From assembly GCA_002256025.1 (NCBI GenBank), contig NKIB01012388.1, positions 1 to 64,000 on the forward strand: a DNA stretch of 64,000 nucleotides. The letters are read 5' to 3'. Below are positions 44,493-57,397 of the stretch, piece after piece (within the stretch, counting starts at the first letter, position 1; every line of letters begins with the position of its first letter). The notes below the pieces were generated by a model that worked only from the letters and a program-made list of their open reading frames with translations, was not told where the DNA came from and searched no databases. Source of the stretch: Asterionella formosa. Its lineage: Eukaryota. The position numbers and the translations under genes are program-made.

Positions 44493-46694
44493 ATGGCAGA
44501 CACTACCACACTTTCGAGCACTAACCATATCCTATCCGAAAAGGTCCTTCGGGCCCTGGAAGTGAGGACAGACACACCTGCCATGAAGGCGGCCTTGGAT
44601 GCGCTTAGCGGCCTTCCCACTAGCGATGCCATGGATTCTCGGAGTGTTCGAGTTGCGATTGAACAGGACGCACTGCAGCAGGCACTTGCTCTACAGCAGG
44701 AGCTCGCAAGTCTGGTCAAGCTGGTGTCAGACCTTCGATCGGGTGTGTCGCAAATCGCAACTATTGCAACCACTGTCAGTAACACAATTCAGAGTAATGT
44801 TGTCCTTCAAACTGTTCCTACCCTCAGCGATGATATCCAAGAAGCACAAGGGATTGAGGAAAACTTGTCTCACTCAAAAGATTCCATTTCTACTCATAGT
44901 CTTGATAAGGAAGTTCAATTGGCTTCCTTGTTGGCAGATGCCTTTCGCGCGCGGCATGATGCACAACAACGAGCCGACACTGTTGCAGCCTTTCTAGAAA
45001 AATTCAACCTGTCGGATGAAGATGACATATTACTGGAATCATACGACTTTTCAGACTTTGATGAAGCTGAAGCAATGGCTTTTTTGGGTGCTCTGGAGCG
45101 AGTAAGAGCGATTCGCACAGACCTGTCGAGCAACTTTGGAGGCAGCGGTGGGTTGGAAGAATCACAGTCTCATCTTGGAGCAACATCTGCTATTCGTATG
45201 ATGGAAAGCTTGGCAGCCAAGCAAGAAAGAGCCTATGAACGGCTGTACCACTGGCTGCAGCATTATTTGCACCTGAACAGTCTTTCTCATGTTCCCACCT
45301 CATCCCATTCGCCTGCGCCAATTCAACAAATTGACGGAGGCATTCTCGACGAGGCTCTCTCTCATCCGTTTGTTTGCGAGTCGCTGAAAGTTTTGCAGAA
45401 TGTTCCTGCTTTCTATTCTCATACAATTGAATTGATTGCTTCAAGTCGCAGAAGTGAAGAGACCAGACGCTTCTTACTGGCGCTGACTGCTGGCTATGCG
45501 GGGCAGGCTCCGATTGAAATCAAGGCACATGATCCTATCAATTATGTCGGAGACATGCTTGCATTTTGCTTTCAATCATTCAGCGTGGAAGCAGATTTGG
45601 CCAAAGGACTTGTGGGCTCCCAAGAAAATACGGAAGTCGACGATATGCCGGTGGATGCAAGTATGGGGGCAGCTGATATGTTGTCACATGCCATGTCGGG
45701 ATTGGCGCGTCCTCTTAAATCTCGTATTTTGCAAGTCGTTGCCAGTTTGGCACGTCGACCTGATGACGACGGAGAGGACGACGAGGAAGATGTAGAAGAT
45801 GAGGAAGATGCTGTTGCTCGGTCACGAATTTCGTCACTATATAATATTTGCGGTTTGTTGCTTTTTTATAACTCTGCTCTCGATAAAGCTGCTCAGAAGC
45901 TAGGAGTACGTGACGACTCTCCTGAAAACCCTCTCTCCAAGGCTCTCATGGAATGTTTGATTGAAGCAACTGAAGCATATGCAGCATCCTGTAAGGTTTA
46001 TGCTGCCATGTTGGAATCATTTACTCTCATGAGTGGCGATTCAGAAGCCCATCTTACAAAAAGCATGATGGAACTCGTGGCCAGTGTGCGCATGGCGTCT
46101 CCTGGGTTTACGTCTGATGTAGCCTGTCCTCATTCACTTCAAAGTTCTTTAAGCATGGACTTTGCCACTGAAACGTTCCTTGAGGCCTCCTTGGCGTTTT
46201 GCAAAAACTTGGATGATGCTGTAACGCTCAAGTTGACGCTAACGAACGCCAAGAAGGCTGGACTTACCACAACTGTAGCCTCACAGATGGATGCCAAGAT
46301 TTATGCTAAAGAGCAGACCTTGATCGAGGATCTTGTAAAATCAGAGACAATCGAGGTTCTTGAGGTGTGTGGCCTTCAGCCAATTGTTACTGCATGGAGG
46401 AACATGCCTGATGTTGAGGGTATAATCATGGCCAGCCAACCGGGGTTATCCATTGATGATTTGGACTCGTCTTTGAAGGACTTTTACGCAAGCCTTTATT
46501 CGCCCCCATTGCCATCCTTCGATTCGATCAAAGATCCTGTGCTGCGAAAGTTGGCCCGAAGCAAAATTGCGTCTAATATAGTGGACGTCTACAACGAATT
46601 CTACATCGCAGTCAAAAGCGACAAAGGTGGTTATGACGATTTCAGCTTCTTGGGGCATACGCCTGCTCAAGTAAAGACTCTATTCTCTGCTTGA
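44493..46694 (+). CDS. COG6: Conserved oligomeric Golgi complex subunit 6
   Basis: 733-aa ORF with KQERAYERLYHW, RFLLALTAG..QAPIEIKAHDPINYVGDMLAF and HTPAQVKTLF, typical of COG6. Confidence 0.9.
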   Translation: MADTTTLSSTNHILSEKVLRALEVRTDTPAMKAALDALSGLPTSDAMDSRSVRVAIEQDALQQALALQQELASLVKLVSDLRSGVSQIATIATTVSNTIQSNVVLQTVPTLSDDIQEAQGIEENLSHSKDSISTHSLDKEVQLASLLADAFRARHDAQQRADTVAAFLEKFNLSDEDDILLESYDFSDFDEAEAMAFLGALERVRAIRTDLSSNFGGSGGLEESQSHLGATSAIRMMESLAAKQERAYERLYHWLQHYLHLNSLSHVPTSSHSPAPIQQIDGGILDEALSHPFVCESLKVLQNVPAFYSHTIELIASSRRSEETRRFLLALTAGYAGQAPIEIKAHDPINYVGDMLAFCFQSFSVEADLAKGLVGSQENTEVDDMPVDASMGAADMLSHAMSGLARPLKSRILQVVASLARRPDDDGEDDEEDVEDEEDAVARSRISSLYNICGLLLFYNSALDKAAQKLGVRDDSPENPLSKALMECLIEATEAYAASCKVYAAMLESFTLMSGDSEAHLTKSMMELVASVRMASPGFTSDVACPHSLQSSLSMDFATETFLEASLAFCKNLDDAVTLKLTLTNAKKAGLTTTVASQMDAKIYAKEQTLIEDLVKSETIEVLEVCGLQPIVTAWRNMPDVEGIIMASQPGLSIDDLDSSLKDFYASLYSPPLPSFDSIKDPVLRKLARSKIASNIVDVYNEFYIAVKSDKGGYDDFSFLGHTPAQVKTLFSA

Positions 46695-47995
46695 GTGTCT
46701 TACTTTTATAATGTAGTTTACTTTTACTTAGCATGTATTGCTTCACGCCTACCTAATGCTTCAGTAAAGGTAGCTTGTGGAACTATTATTGTCCTACACA
46801 CCATACCAAGTAGCTCATTTAGAAGGTCGGATAAATTCAACCCAAGTGTTGATTTCAATTGATTTTAATCTAGTTATGAGAGTGCAGCACATTTGGCTGT
46901 CTTTACTGGCTTTGTTTCAAATAAATCTGCGCATCTTTAACTAGCATTTATCATAAAACTCTCTAAATTTGAGATAGTCCAATTACTACTCTACATATTC
47001 CTGTTTCTGTTCTAGTTCAGCAACTGGAAGATGGTTTGCTGAAAGCCGTTCAGCAAATCCTGAACATTTTCTGGAGGATGATTTGGCATTATCCAATCAG
47101 CAAATCGCCAATTGATAAAAGAGCCATTTATAAATGTCATGCCTGTTTCCCATTTACTAATATAGCTGAATTTAAGGGTCCAATGGGATTTTGCATCCCC
47201 ATCCTAGATCATATATATGGCTTCGATTTGTTTCCAGTTTTGAAAAAGGACTGTTTCCATGCCATTGTCACAAGGCAGCCCGATGATCATGTCGACCTGG
47301 TATTTTCTGGAGGTTTCACGTGGACTTCTTGTTGGCATGGAATCCCCTTTTTACAACTCCGGAATACACCCAAGTCAAAAAATGTATTTTGAAACAGCTA
47401 AAATACAGTACCAGTAGGTCTAAGATATGGTGGTGCAATGTGGTCCAGCGACAATATGACGTCAGCAAGGAGTGCCTTACCGGTAGTTAAAAATTCATTA
47501 CCGGTAGTATAAGTTATATATATGATACAAAATGCTTGCAATATTTCTATTAGTACCGGTATGTCCCATTGCAAGTATGTACCGGGTAGCCTACGGCCGT
47601 TGGCTGCTACAAAATACATATCTTATATGAACCTGATCGTGATCCTATGTAGAAAATATCACTACGGTAGTGCAGCTCAAAGCACGGATTTTATATATGG
47701 GTAGTCTGATGGTGCAATTTTGGTTTCTCTAAGTGATAGTGGTGCAATCGGTGGTGCAATTGTGGTGCAAATGCCAATGGGCAGTTGAATTTACGAACAG
47801 TTTTCTCGTATTCAACCCTGTTTGGGAAAAGTCCCGGTAGATTTATAATGGTAGACTTTAATAAAGATTTTATTTTTGTATATATATTATTTGAAAATAC
47901 AACATAAATAAGATATTTTTTACGTGCATTATTCATCAATCCGCGATGATGTGCATATCGCTCCAGTTGCATTTGGTGTCATCCCTAAGTCGACC

Positions 47996-50156
47996 ATGGT
48001 GAAATCAAGCCACCAATGCCGTTCCATGTATCTGTCGAGCCTGGGTGTTATTCAGCTGATTGCATTTTGGTCTTACTACATTCAGTTCCCCGGCTTGCTT
48101 TCCTCGTCCGGCATTGAACCGGTGGAACGGCTCATGCCATATGCAGCTCCCTATTTGTATCAACATCTCGTGCTGACGGAAATTATGGATTGTGATACTC
48201 TATGTGAATTGTTTGCAGTGTTTGGTATTTTGATAAGTTGCATAATTTCATCAGGAATCATACAGCATGGAAGCCTGTTTATTGTTTCAGGCTGCCTTTA
48301 CGGAGTTCTCGTTCGATCTGGCGCAACATTTTATTCCTTTCAGTGGGATACACTTCTTCTTGAAGCCACCGCTATAACAGCGATTTGTTATGCTCCATGG
48401 CTAAATCTCCGGTCAAGTGGAAAGTCTCCAGTCGGAGCTTGGCCCCTTCGGCTATTACTCTTTAAATTGATGTACATGTCCGGAATCGTCAAAATTCAAT
48501 CCGAATGTCCAACTTGGAGAAACTTGACCGCCCTTGAATATCACTTTGCTACTCAGTGCATACCTGGTCCGCTAGCATGGCATATGCACCAAATGCACCC
48601 ATTTATTCTGAGATTGTCGGTTGCGTTGACCCTGTGGATTGAAATACCCGCAGCGTTGCTTTTGATTGGCTTTACGAGGCAACAACGTAGCGTGGGATCA
48701 AAACTGCAGATTTTTCTTCAAATCATGATTATTTTGACAGGAAATTACAACTTTTTCAACATTCTCACCATAGTACTTTGTCTTCCTTGTCTCGAAAGTG
48801 ATGGGGAGTCTGCGACAAATAATCAAGAATTCAAAGCTCGAACACTATTCGACTACGTACTTATCTTCGTCTATTTGGGGTTGTCCTTTCATCGAATGTT
48901 CGTCTTCGAATTCACAAATGATTTCAGTTGGTTCACGGGTCTCAATGTGAAACTTTCATTCACTAAATCTGATTGCGATCGAATATCAGAATACCTCATC
49001 CCTTCAGTTGTAATGTATCTTTTAGTTGTGACTTTCTTCGAAGTTATCAAGGCATTCAAATTGACGAAGAGTATCTCAATGTTTATGCATTACGTTTTAT
49101 GTATAATTACTATTGGTGTGGTTGTGGTGCCAATGTGTGACTTGACGCCTACACCAAGGAATGTTGGTTTCTTTGGGTCTAACAGGGTCTTTCGACCACT
49201 TTACATCCGATTTGCTCGAAAGTATATGATTTCCAATGGATACGGACTCTTTCGCAAAATGACAGGGGTAGGAGCTGTTTTCGAAACAGAGGGCTGGGCC
49301 GGCTTGCCGCCAAGTTTGGTCGCTCGACAAGAAATCATTCTTGAAGGCGTTTTCGACGGCGATGACTCTAGTACAGAAAATTGGCACGAATTACAATTTC
49401 GTTGGAAGCCTGGTAACGAGTGGAAAAGACCCTTGCAGGTAGCTCCTCACCAACCGAGGTAAGTTTGGTTCATGATTTTTGTTTCAAGTCAGGATAACCT
49501 TACCAACTAACTTGGTAATGCTCAGACTTGATTGGCAAATGTGGTTTGCTGCTCTCGGTAATTACAACAGCAATCCTTGGTTCATAAACTTTGTCAGGAA
49601 GTTGTTGGATAACTGTCATCCAGTGATGCAATTAGTTGGAGATCCAAAGATGATGATGGAGAAAGGAAGATTGGTGAAGATAAGAGCGAAATTGTTTTCA
49701 TATGATTTCACTCGAATTGAATCCGAGTGGAACATTTTAATACCTGGAGCAGAAGTAATTTTTAGAAAGGATTGGATCGGTTCGCTCCTGTCTGGTGCCT
49801 CCTCGACGCCACTACGATATTGGAAGAGAAAATTCCTTCGGCTGTACATGCCGCCATACGAACAAGGTGATGAGTCCTTGGATGCTTATTTGATGAGACT
49901 CAACTATATCGGTGACTATCAAGGAAGATGTTTTGATATAGGGCAAGGTGATCGATGCAAGTACTCTACTAGTTTATGGTGTTTGATTGCAACTTTCGTC
50001 CGTCGACTCCAAGTACACATAGTTATGATTTCGTGTTTGGCCGTATATCTCGCCAGGAGTCTCAAAAGATTGTTTACGATGACGACAGGAGAAGCAGAGC
50101 TACAAGAAAAAATTATAGCTACAGTTGGAGGGGATGAAAAGAAGAAAAACGAGTAA
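47996..50156 (+). CDS. LMF: Lipase maturation factor family ER membrane protein, two exons (47996-49458, 49526-50156)
   Basis: FYSFQWDTLLLE, LLFKLMYMSGIVK, CPTWRNLTALEYHFATQCIP, ILTGNYNFFN, NGYGLFRKMTG. A 67-nt intron (gtaagt...ctaac...cag) restores APHQPRLDWQMWFAAL. C-terminal KKNE is a KKxx ER-retrieval signal. Confidence 0.93.
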
Positions 50157-50209
50157 ATGGTTAAGAAACAGAATTACATGTACTTCCATGGTTTGCTGAT
50201 TGCAAATAC

Positions 50210-53200
50210 TTAAGCATTTGCAAGCAGGTTCATTTTTTCGCATTCAACAACAACCAATCTTGAATTTAGGCGGTCATTTTGATCTCTCAAGTCTTCGTTG
50301 TCCATTAGTAACGTTTCAAGTTTCTTGCTCAGTTGCATGATCAGCTTCGAATCGTTTGCTTGGATTCGGTCCTTCTCCGCGGACTCGCTGTCCACAGCAT
50401 CCAGCTTGCCTCGTAAAACTAGAAGGTCGTCTTCCCTATCCTTGAGATCTTCTTGACCTTGAAGGAGCAAGAGCAGAAGGCGATCATATGCTTCACGTTC
50501 TTTGTTGATGGCATTGTGAACTTCAGTGAGAGGGACCATGGTGACATCATCCTCTACTTCATCGCCGCCTTGCTGTATACTTGATATACTGACTCCTTCG
50601 CGAATTTGCATATCAGCCAATATCGACCGCAACCCATTCAGAACATCATTTCTAGCAGATCTAGATTTGAACCGGAAGATGTAAGATCGGAAAGAAGCCT
50701 CTGGGGTAGGTGTTGCCTTCACTGTTAGGAAAAGGTTTCCTTGTTTGTTCTCTTTTTGGGGTTTTTTGTTCTTTCCTTTAGCGTTACCGGTTGGCAACTC
50801 GACGTGGTCATACCCAGAGCATCCTGCTTTCACTTCAAGAATATCGTACAAAGACAGGGGCTCAAGAGCCGCTTTGTCGGCACGGTGACGACCGAGAGTT
50901 TTGCTCATGAAACCTCCACGAAGATTGAATGTCAACACTGACTGAACGAAAAGTTCTCCCCTTCTTACGAGTTTTACAGCAACAGCAGTCGATTTCAATC
51001 CAAAATCATCCTTTTCCTCGCCACCAATATCGGCACTTCGATTTAACTGCCACATAGTCACATCGATCCCTTCCTCCAGAATATTTGCAAATCTGTGCAT
51101 TTTAATTTCAAAACGGTCCACGTCGTCACGAAGCATTTCTTCCCGCTCCTTACGGCTACGCACCTCAACCTTCCAGCCTACAGAAATCACTTGCTCCTCT
51201 TCTTTTTCGTCCGCACGAGTAAAGCCACGGCGAATCATTGGGAGATATTCGCTGGGAGATTTCAACAGGAAACCTCTCCTCGAAGGAGCAGGTTCCGGTT
51301 CTGCATCTGGTTCCGCTTGCTTCTCTTCCGCGAAAACGTGATTGTCTTTTGCTTCTGAAATGCCAAGCTTCTTGAGAGCTGCAACAACTTCTGGGGTGAT
51401 TGCGACTTCTTTGAGTTCTGCAACTTGCTCTGATTCCGACTTCTGATTCTCATACTCATTGTATTCATGTTCAGACCCAGTCACTTCTGGGACCTTGTCC
51501 TGGGTAACTGGAAAGGGAACCCCGTTCGCTTGACTACTAAACAGCCAATACAAGAAAGAATTAGCAACATTGATATGAAGTAAAAATTGAAAATCCCAAC
51601 GCATCAGATCCCTAATGAAAAAATGAAAAGCGATCCCAGTGTAGAGGAGAACTGTATGATTCAGCTGATAGAACTCTATCTAGCCGAAAGAAGGGTCGAC
51701 CACATTTTCTCATTTCCCATTTGGGTCAGTGTGACAAGTATCAATTGAGTGGTTGAACGCTTACTCAATACCAGAATAGTATAGCAAAAAAGTAAAAAAA
51801 GAAAAGCTAACAAAAGGGGGAACATTCTGAAAGACGACATGATCGTAAACATGGCAATTGAGAGAAAAAAAAACAAAGAATGCGAACGAGGAATGCAGCA
51901 CCATGGCGATGCCCACAAATCAAGCATTTCAATGTGCGTTTCCATGATGTCGACTATTCTATTGCAAGAAAATGAAAATAAATGTACTCACCTTGACTGG
52001 TAGTCCTCACTCTCGAACTGGTCGTCCCCTTCGTCCGCATCGTTATCAGTCGAAAAATCTGCCGAGAGTTCCTTTGATGGAACTGATTCAAGTTTCTGCG
52101 CCATCAAAGCTTCGATTTCACTCTGATTTAGAGCAACACCGTTCAGCGTAGCCCGGAGTTTAATAATTTCTCCGTCTGCTTCCCTTCTAAGTTTCCGTTC
52201 GGCATCAAGCTCAGCTTCCATTTTGGCCACTTGGTCCTTATGATGTTGGAAAACCTCTGGACTAACGTACTCCGAAGGCATACTTTGCATTTCGATGCTT
52301 GGTGGGACTGGAGCGTCCTCTGGTACTAAGTCGATCTTCCTTACTCGCATTGTGGGTGATGGCGATCCAGGCAGGCGTGGGGATGACGTCGAGGTATTTG
52401 ATGAAGATCGTTTGTGATGCTGTAGCGCAAGTTGCATTTGATGGTCGTGGCTTTGTTGGAGTAGTTGCTTTTCGCTTTGGAATTGCGATTTTTGTTTTGC
52501 CATCTTTCCTTCAAGATCTTTCACGAGCGCCTTCTGCTTCTCTAGTTCGATTTCTAGCTCCTTGATACGCTTTTCCAGTACGTTGATCTCGACTTGCTTA
52601 GCTTCTAAATCTTTCGAGCTTTGTGCGCCCGATGCAGCAGACTGTGCCTGAGCTTGCAGCATGGCTTTCAAACTCGCCATCTCAGATTTCAACTTCTCGT
52701 TGTTCTGTTTGAGCTTGCCGACGTCTTTCTGTTCTCGCCTCAGAGCCTCGTAAATCTTCGTTGCCATTCGCTTTCGAACTACACACTGTAAAGCCAATAA
52801 GGCAGTCTTCAGCTTCACGAAAGCTCTGTGAAGCTTCTCCATGCGAATGAATTTTTGGATCTTGATGACAGCCAACACCCGACGTAAAATGTACCCTCGG
52901 AAAATCGATTGGTAGATAATAGATCCTTTCTTCGCACGCTGGTAACGGCGACGGACAACTTGCATGCGAAATGTGTTGGTGAGAAGATTTCCTGCAACAG
53001 CCTTGCGAAGAAGAGTCCAGCGCTCGCGCCCCATGCAACCACGAAAGAATCGCTGCACATCGAGCACGGCTTCTTGTAAGTAGATGAATCTACGATTTTC
53101 TTCCAATCCACGGATCCAGCACTGGATCGTGGTGGCAGCGGCATGCTGATGAAAAACTCGATGTGATTCGAGAATATCATGCGGAGGCTTTCGCAAGAAG

Positions 53201-55785
53201 ACTTTGGTCATTCCTAGTTGTATGTCAGTCTTGGGGAATTGGATTGGATTGGGTTGATGCTGCATTCTTCGAATCTTCTCTGATCTTGTGATGCCAACTT
53301 CATTGGGATCGAGTTTTCTACCACTGATCTTTGCAATTACTTTAGCTCCTTCTTCGAGAATGATGTCAACAAGCTTGATACACATCGTCTGTGGATCTTT
53401 GCCCTCGATACTCCAAGAGAGCTTCTCCTCTGGTACTGCCGGGAGGAGCATACGATACTGGCGAAAGAAAGAGGAATGGGTCAACCGGACAGGATAGCCC
53501 ATACGAGCAACACGAACAGCCTCCAGCACACCACCATAACGAAGTTGCTCAGTAAGTCGCTTTCTTGTCAACATCAATGGCTTGGCAGCATCGTTTGGTT
53601 TGAGACAACGAATGTAATGTGGATCTGTCTTCTCGACACTCTCAATCAAATTTGTCAGCTGCTCCTTAAATTGTTGCCCAACAGTTTTCGACTTCGCATG
53701 GGCACCACCAGTCTTGACTTCAGAAGCTCGTCCTTCAATATCTCGCTTTTGAACCTCATAAACGTCTTGCACAAGCTTGTTGGGAGCTGTTTCAAAAAGC
53801 CGTTGCGCCGTCAAAGGAATTTCGTCCTTGTTCTTCTCCATAAAATGAGTTTCAGCGGAATATTGAACGATGCCGGCGAAGTGTCTGACGCAAAAAATAG
53901 CCTTCGACTTCTGAACAGGTGTGGCGCTGAAGCGAGTGTTCTCAGATTCTATCTGTTTTTGTGCAGGAATGAAATACTCGTACATTCTGTTCGCGAAGTT
54001 TCGGTCACTCCCTTTAGGCAGACGACACTCATCGTCTAGCATAGCAAGGATGCCGACCCTATTCATTTGAATGGTATCAAGACAGTCCTGATTATCCGGG
54101 AAGGCGATGAAAGCCCACTCAATCTGCTCACGTTCATATTCTGCTTGTTCCAGTTTGAAGATGAACTTGTTGAACTGTTGCTGCAATGCTTCGTTAGTGA
54201 AGTTGATACAAAGCTGCTCGAAAGAGTTGATGGCGAAACACTCAAATCCGAAGATATCAAGAACACCACATGAAGACCGCACATCCGAATCATTCTCCCA
54301 ACCAACACTTTGGTTGACTTGGTCGACGACCCATAAAAATAGTGCTCCGTAGAGAGTCTTGGAGAGCGCATCACGAGCATCCATAGCCCTGTCAACTGTC
54401 AATGGAGTCCGAATCTCTTGACCTCGTGCAACAATGACTCTCTCCGTCAATGCGGCCTTGAATAACTCTGTGTCGACGCCCAGCAAACGGGCCGAGAAGT
54501 TCATTGACGATTCGTCCGAGACAAAAGCAGCGTCTACGCCACCATCGGTCTCCTTGACATCGAAGGAGATTTGGCCAAGATGAAGAATGCCGGCAATTAG
54601 AGAAAGCACGGTATCGATCGTTTCCTGTGACCAACCCAATGCTTTCATTGCCTTGAGTGTATATTTCAGACCGTCTTCATCAGTGAACTCGCGGAGAAGT
54701 GGTGCACCTCCCTGTCCTGTGTAATGAAAGTAATTGGGCAGTTCCAAGCCCTGTGTGACGCCATCGTGGAACTCAAAGTGCTTCTTCTGTTCCTCTGATG
54801 CTCCACGAAGTAATTGGTAAAAAATGTGGTAGTTACGTTCTCCGGAGGCATGAAATGCGAGACGAACCTTCTCCAACAAGTAGGTTTGAACTTTAGCTCC
54901 CAATAAATGACCGGCACGAGAAAAACCTAATTCGATGAATTTACCGAAACGAGAGGAGTTGTCATTTCGCAAAGTTCGCGCATTACCGAAGGCCTCCAGC
55001 ACTGGGTTTGATTGCAAGACTCGCTCCATGGTTGACAGGTCGTTGTTGTGGTCCTGTCCTGACTCCATGCCGGGAGCTCCCAGAGTTGTTAAGTACAACA
55101 TAACAATCTTGGTTGACTCAGTCTTTCCAGCCCCAGATTCTCCAGAAATGAGAATGGATTGAGATTTTCTACCTTCCGCCATCATTTGACGGTATGCTCG
55201 ATCTGCGATGGCATATACGTGCGGTCCCAAGGCAGACTTTCCGTCGCCCATTCCTTGCGAGCGCAGTAACCCTTCTCGACGGTATTGTTCGAGGATTTCC
55301 TGCAGACATGAAAATAAACAAGGTCTTGGCGGGTCAGTTCAAGATGCGGTCTAATTGGTGCAGCGTCATTGGTCCAGATTTCGAGCGCGCGGTCCGCTTA
55401 CCATAGTATATAAAGGCAGCCGTTGGAAAGGATTCACAGCAATAAGGACAGGCCCTGTCCAAGTGTAAATCTTCCCAGAAAAGAAACGCTCTGCACAGGC
55501 ATGTAGCAATGCCGGTTCGTGAAGATGCGGCAGAGTGATCAAATCATCGTCTCTGCCGGCCTGCTTGTCCTGCTCAGACAGTTTCACATTGGCAAGCTCG
55601 ACCCCTTCGTATTTCCGCGAACCTTCATCTTTGTCGCTTAAGGTAATTGAACGCTTAAAAATGTTGCTTGGATTATCGATCTGAAAGAGGGTAAGTTCGC
55701 TTTCTGTCCTATTCATCACCTCCGCCAAGATCCAGGCATTGTCGCCGTCGATATCAGAGCACCAGACATGCGCACCTGCCTCCAT
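50210..55785 (-). CDS. Unconventional myosin heavy chain, ~1672 aa, exons 55785-55402, 55299-51992, 51536-50210 (motor, ~6 IQ-like motifs, coiled coil, PH-like domain, terminal coiled coil)
   Basis: DDLITLPHLHEP, GESGAGKTES, LEAFGNARTLRNDNSSRFGKF, LDIFGFE, PHYIRCLKPN. A phase-0 intron (55401-55300) and a phase-2 intron (51991-51537) with GT/AG ends join three track ORFs in frame (5019 nt). Confidence 0.9.
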
Positions 55786-56219
55786 CTTGAAAAATACAGG
55801 AGTTCAACGATCGAAGATGCCTTTTTATCAACACACGACCTTCTATCCTATTGTCTTTGCCTTTCTGAGTAAGTAGATGCTGTCAGATGGTCAATTGTTG
55901 AGAAATGGCTAACAAACAGGCTTGTCCGAAATGGTTTGCTGAAATCAGTCGATGCTGTTATCTGTGTTGTAGTTAACACGCAGAAATACCGGGTACACCG
56001 AAAACAAAATATTTGTACTACATACAAAATCTATGAGCCCACAGCAAAGACCGCTAGTTACATGCCGTAAGTGCTACCTTGTGCCGGTATATTTACCAGT
56101 CCTCCGATACTATATATCAGCTACTCCGAGCTGGACCAGGTAGTCATATACCATCATATACCGGCATGAATTCTGTACATACAAACCAAAATGGCCCCAG
56201 CATCATCGGAACAACTGCA

Positions 56220-56480
56220 CACAGTCGGTACCAGGTACCTGGTACCAAACCTGTTAGTCTACCTGTTACCAGTACCCTGGTACCAGGTCATCGGGTAGGC
56301 ACGATAGTATCCAGTTACTGGTACCTGGTACCAAGTGCCAGGTACGTTGTACTGTACTCCACTCCGGTACCGTAGGTACCAGGTACCAGTTACACAGACA
56401 GAAGGAACAGTGAGCACTGCTACCGGTACCGGGTACTGTATCTGTCGGCATACCGCGGCAGTGCGAGTGTACCGGTAGTA
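56220..56480. promoter_or_regulatory. Densest GGTACC/TACCWGGTA palindrome cluster, upstream of the myosin gene
   Basis: cggtaccaggtacctggtacc, ctggtacctggtacc, ccggtaccgtaggtaccaggtacc, taccggtaccgggtac. Confidence 0.55.
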
Positions 56481-57397
56481 TTGAAGGAGGAAAAATACTT
56501 TATACAGGTATATGTATATGTATGTTCTCATGTCGTACGATACAAAGTTGACCCTCCTCACACAACGTTACTTAGGTAGAAAATGATCGATGTGGTCGTT
56601 TTCAACGGTCGGAAATTTCAATTTATATGTAACCGTATGGATGGTGCAATTTCTGGGGCCACGAGGTAGACCCCTAAGGCCTACCGGGTAGTATGAGCAA
56701 AAACCCTGACCCTATTGTTGAAATCACATTGACCATGTCAGTATTGCTTTGTTGGTTTACTCAATAACAGAAGAACCTCCCATTTCACTTGATTAATGAA
56801 TATCTCTGCTATGAGAAGTGCTACTGGTAAATGCATCAAGCAGTGCAGGAGCACACAATTTGGTTATCTATGACCTATATAGTGTTGAGCATGGCAAATC
56901 AACATGACATGCATGACCAATGGATTCATGTGCAAAAAGCTTTTGAGCTTGTTAGTGGGCTATCTAGAGCTGAAACTGTACAGAAATTCCGTAACTATGG
57001 TCCTGTAGCAGTTATAATGAAGTTACTGCAATGATTTCATAACCATGGCTGTGCAATGGACTTTGATTTCAAGTTCATGAATGAACTCAACTATGACAAG
57101 AACAACAAGATCAGATGATTAAATTAATTAAATGTATACAAAAAAATTCAATTATTTGAATGTTATTTATGTATAAAATTTACTTAAGGTTGCGGTCCTG
57201 GCCTAATCCTAGTTTGGAGAATTGACATGGAACAGGGTGTCCATTTCTGGGAATTCCCATGATGTAAGTGTCCGTTTATAATATTTAAATTGAATAGTAA
57301 TTGGCGCCATATTGATAGATTTCCATTTCAAATTTTAAAAATGATATTTCATCTTCATTGGTGGATGTAGATATGATGATATTACTCCACACCAAAA

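Noticed and set aside
892..55406. Numerous 60-200 aa ORFs antisense to or nested within the long CDSs
   Set aside because: They are shadow ORFs of real genes with no independent motifs.
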